DNA of 64,000 nt from Vezdaea acicularis (taxonomy: Eukaryota). The position numbers and the translations under genes were made by a program. Below are positions 1-12,235 of the stretch, piece after piece (position 1 is the stretch's first letter; every line of letters begins with the position of its first letter). The DNA is taken from assembly GCA_026025075.1 (NCBI GenBank), contig JAPEUI010000008.1, forward strand, positions 186,001-250,000. The letters are read 5' to 3'. Below the pieces are notes generated by a model. It saw only the letters and a program-made list of their open reading frames with translations. It had not been told where the DNA came from and ran no database searches.

Positions 1-1053
1 CCGCTTGTTGAGCGGGTTCTTTCGACGAGGCTATAGGCAGACGAGTATAAGGCGAAGAATTGGTCTAGGTACTGCTGTGTACGCGCTCAAGGGGCTTCCC
101 AGAACTGTAACTGTTGGTTGGCACGATATATTCCGATTGAGTCGTAAGGTATAGAGATGATCCTTAGGTACAGAGCTGAGGGTAGTGTCTCATGTAGAGA
201 AGGTTGAAGGAAAGACGGGCGGGGCCTGGCAAGCTTTTTAGCCTAACGGACTAGGCACGGCGAATGGGATCTCTATTCGGTGCATTGCTCAGGGACCACC
301 ACCCTCTTGACCCACACTGCTGGTCATGGGATTCTGAGGGGCGGCTCCGCCATCTACGAATCTACTAGGCTGTGAACATCCTGACCATCCTAGGGTATCA
401 GCCTCTCTTGCCGGCAGCACTTGCCAATAGAGCCGCATAATGGTGGGGTAGCTGAGATGACTATTGGCTAGAGCAGACGTCTCTGTTGGTGGAGGTTTAG
501 GATGCATCTCTAGAACTGCCCGGCAAGGCTAACCCAAGGCTAGAAAGGCTGGACGGCTCGAGACTTTGGCGCCACGAACAGGCGCATTTGGTGTGCGATA
601 CTGTTCAATTCTAGACTACGGAAAGATGGGAGGCTTGAGGGGTGGGGCCGGGGCGAGTGAGCGATGTGGTTGGTGGCCTTGCGGCTCAAAATATTGAGGG
701 GGTCCTAATCGGGAGGCCGCGCCTTTCCCGAAACAAAAGCTCGCGCATGAATCCAGACGCCACAAAGGACCCAAGCCCTCGAACGCCTCCACAAATGGGA
801 TCTCGCTGGTGGTACGCCTCCGCAGCTACTGCTTATACGTCGTACAAGGTCAATCATGCAGATTTCAGGCTCATTTGATTGATGTATATGCCGTCATTCA
901 CGTTTGCGATAGGCGAGAAGGGTCCACATAGAATCAAGCCTGAAGACTCGTTGGACATATCAACTACCTACGCCATCGCTAAAAATGCAATCAAACCTAA
1001 TCTATCATAACAAAATGTCATTTATCATGAAACACGCCGTGACCTCGTTCTCT

Positions 1054-4000
1054 TCAGCTAAGGTCAAATCCAGCACCAGAGTTGATCGCGTAGAGCAGTT
1101 TTTCTCGCAGTCTCTCCGCACTGGTATAACGTGGGAGCTTGAGAAGATTGACGCAAGTGCTTGTGCTTGGCAGGCGTTCTTCATCAGCCCCCGCGTCTCG
1201 AATGCTGAACCGAGGGTTCAGTTGGGAGAACCCTAGTAGGGGACCTCGGGGGGTCGAGGTGACAAACTTCAACACCATCCGGCGCTCGGAATCTGACATC
1301 TCTTGCAACACCTGCCAGAAGAGTTTGACGGATGGGTGCTCTTGCAGATCATCGCCGATAGTGTATATGCCGCCGTAAAGCGTATTCTTTCTAAGGTCTG
1401 CGACGTCGATCTCCGATGATTCTCCTCCGATGAGCGTTTGTATCTCTGCTTGGTTGAACATTGACAGCCAAGAAGGCTGGATAATCTGACCTAAGCCCTT
1501 GAGAAACGCGGACGTTTGTGCTTGCGGTTGGACCTGGAGACGGTGGCGGGCAACAAGTGAGATGTAGAATAGCTTATTTTCGTTCGTGACAGCAATGTTG
1601 GACCCGTTGGGCCTCAAATCTCTAGTGACCGTTCGAGTATGCTGATCGCCAAACAGGTTCGAAGGCCCGATCGTGTCTGTGATGGTAAAGTCGAGCGAGA
1701 AATCCTCAGCGACGTCACCAGTGTAATTCTTAAGTTGAAGCAGTCCCTGATACAGGGTCTCATCAAGATCCCGAAGGTCATTCAAATGTGGTCTGTAGCC
1801 GCTTTCTTTTGACGCTACTCCTCGTCCGCCAGTCAAGGCCCACTTGAGGAGGAAGAACCCGGCAAAGTTAACATCTACCAGAATGCCCTCATAAAGACAC
1901 TTGCCGATGATGCGACCCAGGAATTCAAAGCGGCGGAGATATTCCCGAATATTCAACATCCACTCTTGGCTGTTTTCTTGGATTCCTGTATCTCTCATTT
2001 TGTCCTTGAGCTGGTCGACCGCGGAAGGATTCGGGTACAACAGGTGCCGATCGTTCTCAACGAACATTGATAGCATATAATCTGAACTGAAGGCTTCACT
2101 TGTGACGCTGGTTAGAAATTCTTTAGTCACCCCACCGCCATCTATACCTGCTTCGTTGAGGTCGAAACGATCTACGAATGAGATCTGGATAGGCTCCTTC
2201 AATCCCTCTCCTAGCGGATAAAATTGATCGTATGCGTCTGCAAACACGTCCGTCCTGCGAATCTCGGCATTGTGCTTACCGATATCAGTTGCATCGGGGC
2301 GATGTGAGTGGGCCTGCGACATGCGCCACTGATCAGGATCAACATATCCGCCTCTTCTCTTTACCTGGTCCAAATGCACGAACTCACGAAATATCTTGAC
2401 CCGAGTCTCAAATGGAATGAGAAAGGGCATATTCTGCAGGATCTCGAGCCGTGGAGTGATAGCCTCTAGATACTTCTTACGAGAGGCTTTCTGCTGTTGT
2501 CTTTGTAAAAGTTCGATGCTTCTTGTTTGTTGGGCGCGTCGACTACCAACTAGATGGCTGGTTGGGACTTCAAAGTCATCCTCGCCTTGGTCGTCCTCGT
2601 CATCGTCCTCTTGCACCTTATGCCTATTTTCCTCTTCCTCCACCACAGCGGGTATGAACCCTTCCATGTCAAATCTACCCGTCATGAGCCAATGGTTGGC
2701 AGGTAGGAACTGACGGCGAGAGTCTCGTTCGTATAACATACGTAACAGGCCTGTCACTGTTCCTTTGATGCTATCGAGGCTTACTCCAATAATACCAGCA
2801 ACCTGAAGATTGGAGTCTTCAACCGCACTTGCGGTAGGGTCGTTCTGGGTCCGATTGTTTGCGTACGGATTAAAGTAATGGCCGATTGAAGCGCTTTCTG
2901 CCATATGCCTTGCACCTGTAAGCTCTGCGGCATACCAATACATTGCGAATCCCAGGTTTTTGAGGAAAGTTGTGAGCTCCTGAACTTCACTTAGTGGAAG
3001 CGCGCTTTGTCTTATCCATGAAAGGGGCATTTTGTCTTCCTTCGCTGCTGATGAACCCTGCGAGAAGAACTCGTCGTCATCGGTGACTTTTAAGACAAAG
3101 TTGTACAGCTCAAAGAAGAGAAGTATTATTCTCCAGTCCTGTGTATCCAAAGCGTCGGTAGGATCGGGTCCTGGCTTGGCATGGGCCTGTGTCCCATTAT
3201 TCACGACCCGCTGGTCGCCGCGAAGAAGTCCAACAGCAGCTCGGCTGTTATGACTAATCTCCTTGAACGTTGTGGTCTTCCGAGTCTCCCTCCAAAAGTA
3301 TTTGATAGCTGGTATATGGGTTTCGGTGTTGCTCGCTGGAGTTAGTGATCCCAGCAATAGCCACATGCGTATGTCCTCTGCGTGGCGTGGGAAAACTCTC
3401 AAAAGAGCAAGAGCGTAGTTCGCTAGGATTCTTGGGAGCTGTTCAGAGGGGAGATCCCCATATTGTGTTTGCTTCGACTGGTCTATGTAGGCCAGTAGGC
3501 CGCTGACTTGACGATGCTGGACTAGAGACAGTACTTGCTGCCGTATGAATTGAGGAAGTGGTGGTAAATGCTTATCTTGCCCTTCCTCGTTGTCACTTTC
3601 AGCCATGTCCATTTGTGAGTCCATGGAGGACGGCTGGATATCGATCCTTTTGCTGATCTCTTCGGCAGCCAGGGACAGAAGATTTGACACTACGCCAATA
3701 TACACGGGGTCCAGTCGTTCTGGACCATGTCGCCCGTCGCCAAGAGCATAAGTATGGAAATAAATAAAATATGCAAGTAGCCATGACTGCCTCGAGCTGC
3801 TCAAGTTCCCAATCCAGTTTCTGACGGGATCAGAACCGTGACGCTCCAGCAAGGTCGCCAGGGTCACTGCGAGCAGGCTGTAGTTCACAGCCGAGGCCAT
3901 CTTATCGAGTCCCCCAAGATGTTCTTCCAAGTCGGGCGTCGTAAGGAACTGGCACACAAAGCCTTCGTATGCCTTATCGGTCTCAGAAGTGATGGACAGA

Positions 4001-4743
4001 AGAGGTTTAGAAAGACTCGTAGTTAGTAAATCCTTGTCTTCCTCCGTCGTTGTTTGCGTGCGGCCCAAAGAGATCGCCACTTTAGAGAGCGTATCATAGT
4101 AAAGGTAGCCGAGTTGCGCCGTTTCGTGAGGTATTTTACCAGCAAGAACTATGACAATTCGTATTAGTGTACGAGCCGTATCAACCCAAGTTTTCAATAC
4201 GGTCTCCGAGCCCAGTGTTTCCAAGACGACCACTTCAAGTTTCCTCAGAGGTCTTGGCTCTTGAGTGCTGACTTCCAGTTGTGACCAGACAGATGTATCT
4301 GCCAGTAGCCGTAAACAGAGTCGTTCAAGTCGGGTGACGTCGCTAGGCTCGCCCAGGGAGAAGAAACGCAGTAATAGCATAACCTGCTCCAGGCATTCTC
4401 CGGTCGAGTGATATCTTGTGGCCCTTCCTAAGTACCCTCCAATTCCGTCTTCATACAAGATACCCTCGCGGCCGTCCCAGGCACGCCGCCATGCAGCTTT
4501 TTCTTCTTGCCGAACTCTATGGCCTCTCCAAGTCCGCTGTATCAGCTTTGCGGCATTCAGGCTATCTCGTTCCTGTTTCCTGCGCTGACGTTCTTGTTGG
4601 GCGCTCGCAACTGTGCTCAATGGGCCGGGTGATTTGATAGTAGACCCTGGTGTCGAATTTAGACTGGCAAATGGATTCGCGGGACGCCCCGACAGGTTCA
4701 CCTGTCGCGGACGGCGAGATGTGCCCGTGAAGGAATGATGCAT
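1054..4743 (-). CDS. HUL5: HECT-domain E3 ubiquitin ligase, Hul5/UBE3C-like, with N-terminal IQ-like motif; single exon, 1229 aa
   Basis: Long uninterrupted ORF. N-terminal 'AAKLIQRTWRG' IQ motif; HECT motifs 'EAGIDGGGVTKEFL', 'LKFVTSTPRGPLLGF', catalytic 'LPSTSTCVNLLKLP' and C-terminal 'GFDLS'. Confidence 0.93.
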   Translation of the reverse strand: MHHSFTGTSRRPRQVNLSGRPANPFASLNSTPGSTIKSPGPLSTVASAQQERQRRKQERDSLNAAKLIQRTWRGHRVRQEEKAAWRRAWDGREGILYEDGIGGYLGRATRYHSTGECLEQVMLLLRFFSLGEPSDVTRLERLCLRLLADTSVWSQLEVSTQEPRPLRKLEVVVLETLGSETVLKTWVDTARTLIRIVIVLAGKIPHETAQLGYLYYDTLSKVAISLGRTQTTTEEDKDLLTTSLSKPLLSITSETDKAYEGFVCQFLTTPDLEEHLGGLDKMASAVNYSLLAVTLATLLERHGSDPVRNWIGNLSSSRQSWLLAYFIYFHTYALGDGRHGPERLDPVYIGVVSNLLSLAAEEISKRIDIQPSSMDSQMDMAESDNEEGQDKHLPPLPQFIRQQVLSLVQHRQVSGLLAYIDQSKQTQYGDLPSEQLPRILANYALALLRVFPRHAEDIRMWLLLGSLTPASNTETHIPAIKYFWRETRKTTTFKEISHNSRAAVGLLRGDQRVVNNGTQAHAKPGPDPTDALDTQDWRIILLFFELYNFVLKVTDDDEFFSQGSSAAKEDKMPLSWIRQSALPLSEVQELTTFLKNLGFAMYWYAAELTGARHMAESASIGHYFNPYANNRTQNDPTASAVEDSNLQVAGIIGVSLDSIKGTVTGLLRMLYERDSRRQFLPANHWLMTGRFDMEGFIPAVVEEEENRHKVQEDDDEDDQGEDDFEVPTSHLVGSRRAQQTRSIELLQRQQQKASRKKYLEAITPRLEILQNMPFLIPFETRVKIFREFVHLDQVKRRGGYVDPDQWRMSQAHSHRPDATDIGKHNAEIRRTDVFADAYDQFYPLGEGLKEPIQISFVDRFDLNEAGIDGGGVTKEFLTSVTSEAFSSDYMLSMFVENDRHLLYPNPSAVDQLKDKMRDTGIQENSQEWMLNIREYLRRFEFLGRIIGKCLYEGILVDVNFAGFFLLKWALTGGRGVASKESGYRPHLNDLRDLDETLYQGLLQLKNYTGDVAEDFSLDFTITDTIGPSNLFGDQHTRTVTRDLRPNGSNIAVTNENKLFYISLVARHRLQVQPQAQTSAFLKGLGQIIQPSWLSMFNQAEIQTLIGGESSEIDVADLRKNTLYGGIYTIGDDLQEHPSVKLFWQVLQEMSDSERRMVLKFVTSTPRGPLLGFSQLNPRFSIRDAGADEERLPSTSTCVNLLKLPRYTSAERLREKLLYAINSGAGFDLS

Positions 4744-5436
4744 GGTGGCACAAGATCAAGAGCGAAGCTGTGAGCCCGAGAAACCATATCGGGACTTCCG
4801 GATTCAAGACTTTGACATTAGGAGCTGTGATGCTCCTAGCATAGTACAAGAAAGCTAATGTATTGGGTGGTATGTGTTGCACGGTTGCGCAAGACCGAAG
4901 AACAATCTATACGAAAAGATTCGTCGGCGGGAAGTCCAGCAGGGTGGCGCGGTCTTTTCAAGACCCTTCGATTTTATGTGAATGATCTACAAGGCTACAC
5001 TAACAGCGGAGGCACCAGTGCGGGCATCTTCCGCCGCTTGACTCAGCCAACGCCCCGGGCCAAGCGATGACACCAATGAGGCGAAGAATGGAGAATGGAC
5101 AAGTCGAAGTATCTACAACGCCGCCACTTTCTCCTGTATGTCCTTTTCGGCGTGCTCCAAAGTACCCCTTACGTTGTTTTTCACACGACAGTGCGACTGG
5201 ACACCAAGCACCTGAGGGAGGTGAGATTGGCAAACTCTCAAACCCCTCGTCCTCTCCTGGCGGCAGGAAATCCACGACGATGTGCCTCAACAGCGGGTTA
5301 GATCGCATTGAATTCTATGCTGTATAGACAAATACGTAGGCTTAGCGTTGTTCTGATCGCTCAAAGTTCTATTCTGCACAAAGTAGATCAAAAGTCTACT
5401 TTGCGTGCCGTGTAAGACCTCCCAGAAGAACCCTGT

Positions 5437-5440
<4 letters not shown>

Positions 5441-5469
<29 letters not shown>
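5441..5469. repeat. (GA)n microsatellite, 29 nt
   Basis: Perfect GA run read directly from the sequence. Confidence 0.95.
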
Positions 5470-6159
5470 CACTTCTCTGTCTTCGTTCCTTGCGGATTCA
5501 TGCACAAGCTTGTAATGCGCAACTTGTGATCTTTTCTCAAATGTCCAGTGGTGCATCCTGTCGCGAAGAGCACAAGAGACTTTTGACTTCCACAAGATAC
5601 TTGGACTTTTTCAGATCCTCCGTGCGCCATTTTGCATTTAGTGCAACTTGCTGGGGAGGCACATCACCCGGTTTCGCTGCTCGCTGTTTGAGCCTCTAGA
5701 CACCATTCCCCGCAACCGATACCTTCCAGAAGACTACGCGATGTTTCAAGAAGCTTTCTCCTGTCTCGAAACTCGACGGCTAAACGCTGTGTACTGCAAA
5801 GAGGGGGCTCTCTACTGTCAGCTCGCTGCGTCGTTCCCGAACAACGAGCATGGGCACCGACATGTATTCATGCTGGAAAAAGCAGTTCCTGATGAGGCTT
5901 TTCCAGTTTAGCGTTCATGGAGTTCACATTCTTTGGTGGTCCTTGCGTTGATTTTACGGGCTACGATGGCTTCATCCTCGTGCCCCGCTGTATGCTGCGC
6001 GAAACCTGCGCCGAAGCCTGGGGTGTTGGGACTCTTGGTATAATACCAGTGCTGGGCCACCACTCGCACACTTGCGAAGCATTCATTTCAGATCAGAACA
6101 ATTCCTCTGTGGGTACTATAAATAGTCTGAGGTTCTAATAACGACAACATTCTTTCAAC

Positions 6160-7337
6160 ATGTTATTCTATTCACTCGTTCTTCTCTCAATTTGTGGATT
6201 GAGCATTGCTCAAAACCCCTTTCAGAATCTGACGGAGCTTCTCAACAACATCCAGGCGCTATCTACTGTCAATCAATACGTCAAGAACAATACAGCCATC
6301 TCATCGCTGTACGCTGGGCTTAACAATGTCACCTGCTTCCTACCAGGCAATACTGGATTCCAAGCAGTGCTTGCCGAGCCGTCATTCGCGCCACTGTTCA
6401 GTGATCCCAGCTATGTGACTGCATTCCTACAATATTCGTGCATCGAAGGCGTGGTGCTGAAAGGGGACATTCAACCCAACGGCGAAATCGTCCACTCGCT
6501 CCTCAACAACTCTATAAAATACGCCAACATCTCGACTGGCGGACAGGTCTTGAAGTTGCAACAGATCATGGATCAAAAGATGATTTTGAGCGGAGACAAC
6601 TCTAGTGCATACATCGTGACTGCCGTACGTAGCTCCCGCTTTTCCACTGTGTCTCGCCTCAAGTGCTAATATACAAGGAATAGGACATACCCTTTCAAGG
6701 CGGCTACGTCCAAGTCCTCGACGTGCCGATAGGCCTCCCCTCCGACATTGCTTCCACGGGCGCCGTCCTGAACCTGACCTCCATCGTAAGCGGGCCCCAG
6801 CAATACACCGTCGCGTCCGCAGAGTCGTACGAGGACGTCACATTCTTCGCGCTGAGCAACAACGCCTACACCAAAGCGACGAGCCAGACATCCGGCCTAA
6901 ACCAGACGGCCATCGTATCCATCTACAACAACCTGCTCGTCCACCCGGGCGTGCTCTACTCGAGCTCCTTCACGACCGCAGGCGTCGACGTGCTGACCGT
7001 GGAGGGCGGCTACCTGCACCTGACGAAAGACGCGGGGGGTTTGCTATTTGTGAATGGAGCACGCGTGACGCAGGCTGATCTGGTCGTGACGAATGGCGTC
7101 TTGCATGTGATTGACAGGTACGTAATGCAATGCTGAGCCCCTTCGTTTCTGAGGATACTCCTTGTCTGACTCTTTTTTCTTCTTCTTCACAGCCCTGTTT
7201 ATCCAGCAGGAATCGCCCCGGCGGGCGCTTCTTCCTATGCTTTACCCACGGGCACCCCGGTTGCAGCGGTACCTTCGGCTCCGGTTTCGTCGCCGCCTAC
7301 ACCTGCGGTCTCGGCGGGTAGATTGCACCGCCATTAA
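6160..7337 (+). CDS. Secreted fasciclin (FAS1)-domain protein, two domains; exons 6160-6624, 6684-7117, 7193-7337
   Basis: Signal peptide MLFYSLVLLSICGLSIA. FAS1 H1/H2-like motifs 'VTCFLPGN', 'GGYVQVLD', 'VTFFALSN', 'DLVVTNGVLHVID'. Both introns begin GTACGT, have GCTAAT/TCTGAC branch sites and keep the frame; Pro/Ala-rich tail ends at TAA 7335-7337. Confidence 0.85.
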
Positions 7338-7846
7338 GCATGAGCCACGACTGGGAATTTTCTCTACGCTGTACTTTTTAGGCTGTCAAAAAAAAAAGAA
7401 CCAGGTGTTTGCAGAAAGCAAGTCTGTCATGGGGGTTTTCACTTTCTGTTCTCTTTCCCGAACTTTGTATCAACTCGCTCTTCATCATGTCTCCATATCT
7501 ACATGTGAACCCTGCCCTTCCTTTTCCTATCGGGAGGATTTCAGGCGTTGTTGGGTGCTTTTACGTTAGTCATCAGAACTCGGGCGGTGTATGGAAATTT
7601 AATGATGGGTGCCGTAAAAGAAGAAAACGTCCATATTTGCTAGTGTGTCGTTCGTCTGAAGTGTGGGTTGTCTAATAACCCAAGCCCTACCCTAACCTAA
7701 CCTACCCTACCCTACCCCACTCACTCACAAATTCAAACCCCATATGTCTCGCCCAACGATCCACCACCCACGATCACTAGCCCAAATTTGCTCCGCCCAG
7801 CAACCGCACGTGTTCGGATGGCGGGTGTGACTTATCTAGTCCTAAC

Positions 7847-7889
7847 TCTGGATCCTAGATCTGGATCCTAGATCTGGATCCTAGATCTG
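7847..7889. repeat. 13-bp tandem repeat (TCTGGATCCTAGA) x3.3
   Basis: Three perfect copies plus TCTG; the unit is nearly its own reverse complement. Confidence 0.9.
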
Positions 7890-10800
7890 CGGTCTGAGAT
7901 CTAGAGACACGCCTCAGGAAACAAGAGTCAAGAGCACGAGGAGAGCGCTACCAAACAAGGAATCATCCCACGTGAATCTCCCATCCCTGCTCCACTACAG
8001 CGGATCCCAACAATCGGGGCAACGGAATAAGCTCTCATGCTTGCCATCTGTGTCTTGTCTTGGCTAGTGCGAGCGAGAGGGGGGGCGTGTGGTGTGCATA
8101 CTGGGGGTTGAGAGGGGGAAGGGGGGGTGGTTGAGAGGGGACGGAAGAGTTGAGGAGGGCCGAACTGTGGTATCGACGGCGGCGTAACGGGGGATGGTAG
8201 AGCCAGAGCAAAAACCGCAGAACAGAAAAAGATTGAGGAGGGTCAAACCACGGTATCGAGACCACAAGGCTGTTAATTGCAAGCCCGTGGGAACCACGTT
8301 TTGCGGCTAAGACCATTCTAATTTTTTTTTTCTTCTTGGATCTACCGCCCTACAAGCAGAGATCCATCCCTACGTACCACCCCTCTCCCCTCCCCTCTGT
8401 TCCAATGTGAAAACACGGGCTTTCCCCTCATCCACGGTCCCACGCACACATGCTTCCTCAACCCAGTCCATTCAGGGTACGCGTAGGCAAGGGAAAAAAG
8501 TTCGGTGGGTGGTGGTTCCGTAGTTCCACTCGTGAAAAAAACGTGAGAAAAGAATGTACCGACCCCATGAAGATCCTTGCAGAGGACTAGGCCTCATAGC
8601 TTTTGCACGAACTGTGGTTCATACTCCAAGAGAGAAAAACTTGATGGTGGTGGTGGTGGGGCCTTGCAAGACAGAACCGTGGTAGGTTTTTTGGTATGGG
8701 TGTTGTTACTTGGTGGGAGATGGTTGGGGGGTATGAGCTATGTGGATGTGAATGTGGGTGTGGGGTTATAGGAGAGACGTGTAGAGGGGAGCGGGAGTTC
8801 TGATTTCTGATTGGTGGATACGTCTAGACCAGAACCCGGCCACGCACCTGCCTGTGAGAATATCGTTCTTCTGTATCTACGCATGCATCAAGTCAACATC
8901 CTACCCTCAAAAAAACGATATACACAATAACAGATAGTCCTACTACCAACTACCAACCACCAATCATCGTCATCGTCATCCTCAAACCCAAACCCACTCG
9001 CCTACGTAACAAACCACCACCAGCACCAGCGCCAAGCCTCCATCCATCCCACACTAACCCTCCCCCCGGTCCCACCCACCCCCCCCATCCCCCCTTGAAT
9101 CCGTCTCGGGGAAACCAGGGATACACACATGCCCAGCGAGAAAAACCCAGGATCGCAATGCGTGCGAGCCATGGTTGAGTCCGGAGTCTTACTTTGGCTA
9201 CTGGGCTGTGCCGCACTGCTGCTGCTGCTGCTAGGAATAGCCGCCACATGTTGCATAGTAGGTGCTTGTGTAACTTAAGGACGGTACTGCATACGCAGGT
9301 TTGTTTGTCTGACTTGCGTCAGTCGGTCAGGGCGAAGGCGGATTTGTAGGGGGAGTTTGTAGGGATGGGATGAGTTGGATGGGACGAGAATGGACGAGGG
9401 TTGGGAGATAGATAGAATGATAGATGGGCTGTGGACGGAGGGGGGTCTGGATCTTGGGATATTCTCTTGTTTGGGGTTCCCCGAGGAGGAGAGGAGGGGA
9501 GGGTAGAGTGAGGAGGTTCATCGTGCGCCGTTGACATGCAACACTCCTCCCACTCACAACTCAACCCAACCCAACTCAACCCAACGCACGCACACACACA
9601 CTCCATCCTCCCTCCCTCCATCCCCGTCCCTCGTTCCCCGCTACCACACTTCCCAACGGCGCCGGACGACGAACTTGCGATCGCGGTTCCCCGGGTCGAG
9701 GGCATGTTTGGCGCGGTACGTCCGTGCTGGGGCTTTGGGCTGGGAATCCTGGCGTGGAAGGGCGGGGAGGAGGGTGGTGTTTGCGTTGAGACAATGGATG
9801 GATGGGATGGGAGGGATGGGGGTGTCGCTTCGGCGTTTGAGATGGAGGAGAGAGGAGGATGTGGTGGATGAGAAGGTGAGGAGGTGAGATGGAAGACATG
9901 GAGGACGGAGAGGAGGTGGGGAATTACGAGAATGAGAGAGAAAGGGAGAGGGAAAGAGAGAGAGAGAGGGAAGGGAAGGGAACGGCGGGCGTTGGGAGGA
10001 CGATGAGTTTCTTGTGTCGCCCATCCCATCCCCACGATTACTTGCAGTCCGACCACCACCACCATGGACTCGACGAACCCGAACCAGTTACTCGAGCGTG
10101 TGCCCTAGTCCGGTACGAACGTGCCCGGAGAATTCCACATTCTGTCTTGGTATTTCTCTCTCCCTCTCTCTTACTCACTCACACCCTCTCACGCTCTTGA
10201 CCACACTCCCTCACACACCATCAAACCTGTCAGGTACGCGAGAAAAATCCTGCAGGAGGGAAAAACGACCTCGCCAGGAGCGCAATCCTTCCAAACGCAC
10301 GCGCAGTCGGAACCCGCAAACAAGGACCACGGGCTCGGCTGCCCAATGATTGTACTCTCCTCTTCCCCCCCCCCATAACCCTCGCACGAGAAAACGCTCG
10401 CGCCACGCAAAACGGACCAGCGCGTGATTTGTGCGCGGGCCTCGGTGTCTTGCTGGGAGTGTACACGTACGAAGGAAGGGGCTGAAAAGGTTGAAGCGTG
10501 AATCAGGAACAAAGGCGGCGGGGCAGAGCCAGCGGGTGAACGAGGAGGCGCTGCAGAAATTGAAAAAACAGAAAAGGCAGAAAAGCGGGAGCACCGAGCG
10601 ATCGGAGGCGCGATGGAGGCGCGGCGCCGTCGAAGAGCTGAACCGCGGGTGAAGAGCGGATGGGAGCGCAATACTGGACGAAGGGAGGGAAGTTTTTTCT
10701 GGATAGTGGAAGAGACAAGGGACGAGTGCAATGTTTTTTTTCTTGCTGGCCGTTGCAGAGAGCGGCCAATGAGAGATGTAGACGAACGGTAAGAGGAGCT

Positions 10801-12205
10801 CTCTCCGCGGCGTCAAGGCGCGCTTGCTGCACGTCTCCGCGCCGCGTCGTTTCTCATTCCCTCATCTCTTTCTTTTTTTCACTTTTCCACCCTTCAATGG
10901 GTTTGGCTCGCCCTGGTGGCGGTCATCATGGCGGCCGTCCTGGCGGTCGTCATGGCGTCTCGTGTGAGCTCGATGCGTGCTTTTCCGTATCACGGCCGGC
11001 GCCATCGAGAGAAAGAGGGAAGAGAGGGACGTCAGCGAGGGCGGTCGAGGGGAAGGAACTGACGTAGCGCCTCTCGAGGGAAGCACGCCCTTCCCTCTCC
11101 GCCGAGCCAGGTCCGATCCCCGCAACCCGCGCTTCGATCGAGCTTCCATTGCGCCCTCCCGCGCGGCTCATTGGCGCGTGGCCTGGCGATTGGTCCGCGG
11201 AAAGGGGGGAAGACAAGGGCAACAAAGGCGATTCCCATTTCGTTCCGTGGGCCACGGAGGGGGACAGACGCACGACATTGCCCGCCCGCCGCCAGGGTCG
11301 TGCAAGAAGCATGCAAGGCAGCAAGCCACGAGGGCTGGACCACGCGAGGAATTTGGAAGGGTCGCGCGAGGCGAGGGGTCCCCGGCCCAGCCCTCGCCTG
11401 ATCTTGCCCGCGAACCCCCCTCGACCCCTTCGACCGCTTGGCGAGAGTGCATCGAGGGGCGTTGTGGGCGTCGTGGGCGACCTCCCATTGCCCTGCTCGG
11501 CCTTCCTCTTTCTCACCTTCTCGCCCGGGATGCGGTCGCTGGAACCGGGAAGTCAATTGATTGAGTTTGTCGACTATCGACGGAACGCCGCGCGAGATCA
11601 CGGCTGCTTCGAACGACCGGGATGGCCCGCCCCCCGCCATCGTTCGTTTGGTCGGCTCGCTTACGGACACAGTCACCGCATCGCGTAGGTCCAGGCCCTA
11701 ACAGCGGTTTTTCCCCCTCGACGCAGCGGTCGGGGGTGGTCAGAGTGGTCAGGCCCGGTCCATGCATGATGAACCCAACGCCGTCCGCGCCCGCGGACCA
11801 TGGAACTTCCCTCCAGACGACGAGAATCCGGTAGCCAATCGAGGCGGTCCCGCGCCCGGATCCCACATCTCTGGTCCGAAAAGGCATTCGAGCTGTCCGG
11901 GAAGGACGTGGGAAGGGGGACGAGAACGACGCGGTCCCACTTCCCGCACGTGTCTGGTGCGGAGGGAGCTTCGTGGCGTCGCTCGTTCTCTTCTTTCTTG
12001 CCTCTTCCCTCCACATCGCTTCTCGTCCTTCGGGCGGTGCGGTGAGCTGTCGTGTCGTCCGTTCTCGTTGCGTTTGCAGGATGAACCCCCTTCGGGAGGA
12101 GCAGACACGGATAGCGATGGGCGGGCGGCACCCGTCCAAGCCATCTGCTCCCATCTCCCCCCATTCTTCCCGACCGAAGGCGTTGGAAAGGGGTGGTCGG
12201 ATCGT

Positions 12206-12235
12206 GTCGAGTCGAGTCGAGTCGAGTCGAGTCGA
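12206..12235. repeat. (GTCGA)x6 pentanucleotide microsatellite
   Basis: Six perfect copies read directly. Confidence 0.9.

Noticed and set aside
1..1000. Short ORFs at the window start
   Set aside because: No motif support; possibly leader or promoter of a gene outside the window.
7685..7720. CCCTA/CCTAA repeats as interstitial telomere or telomerase RNA template
   Set aside because: Pentameric and irregular; only one CCCTAA, no full TAACCCTAA template and no supporting structure seen.
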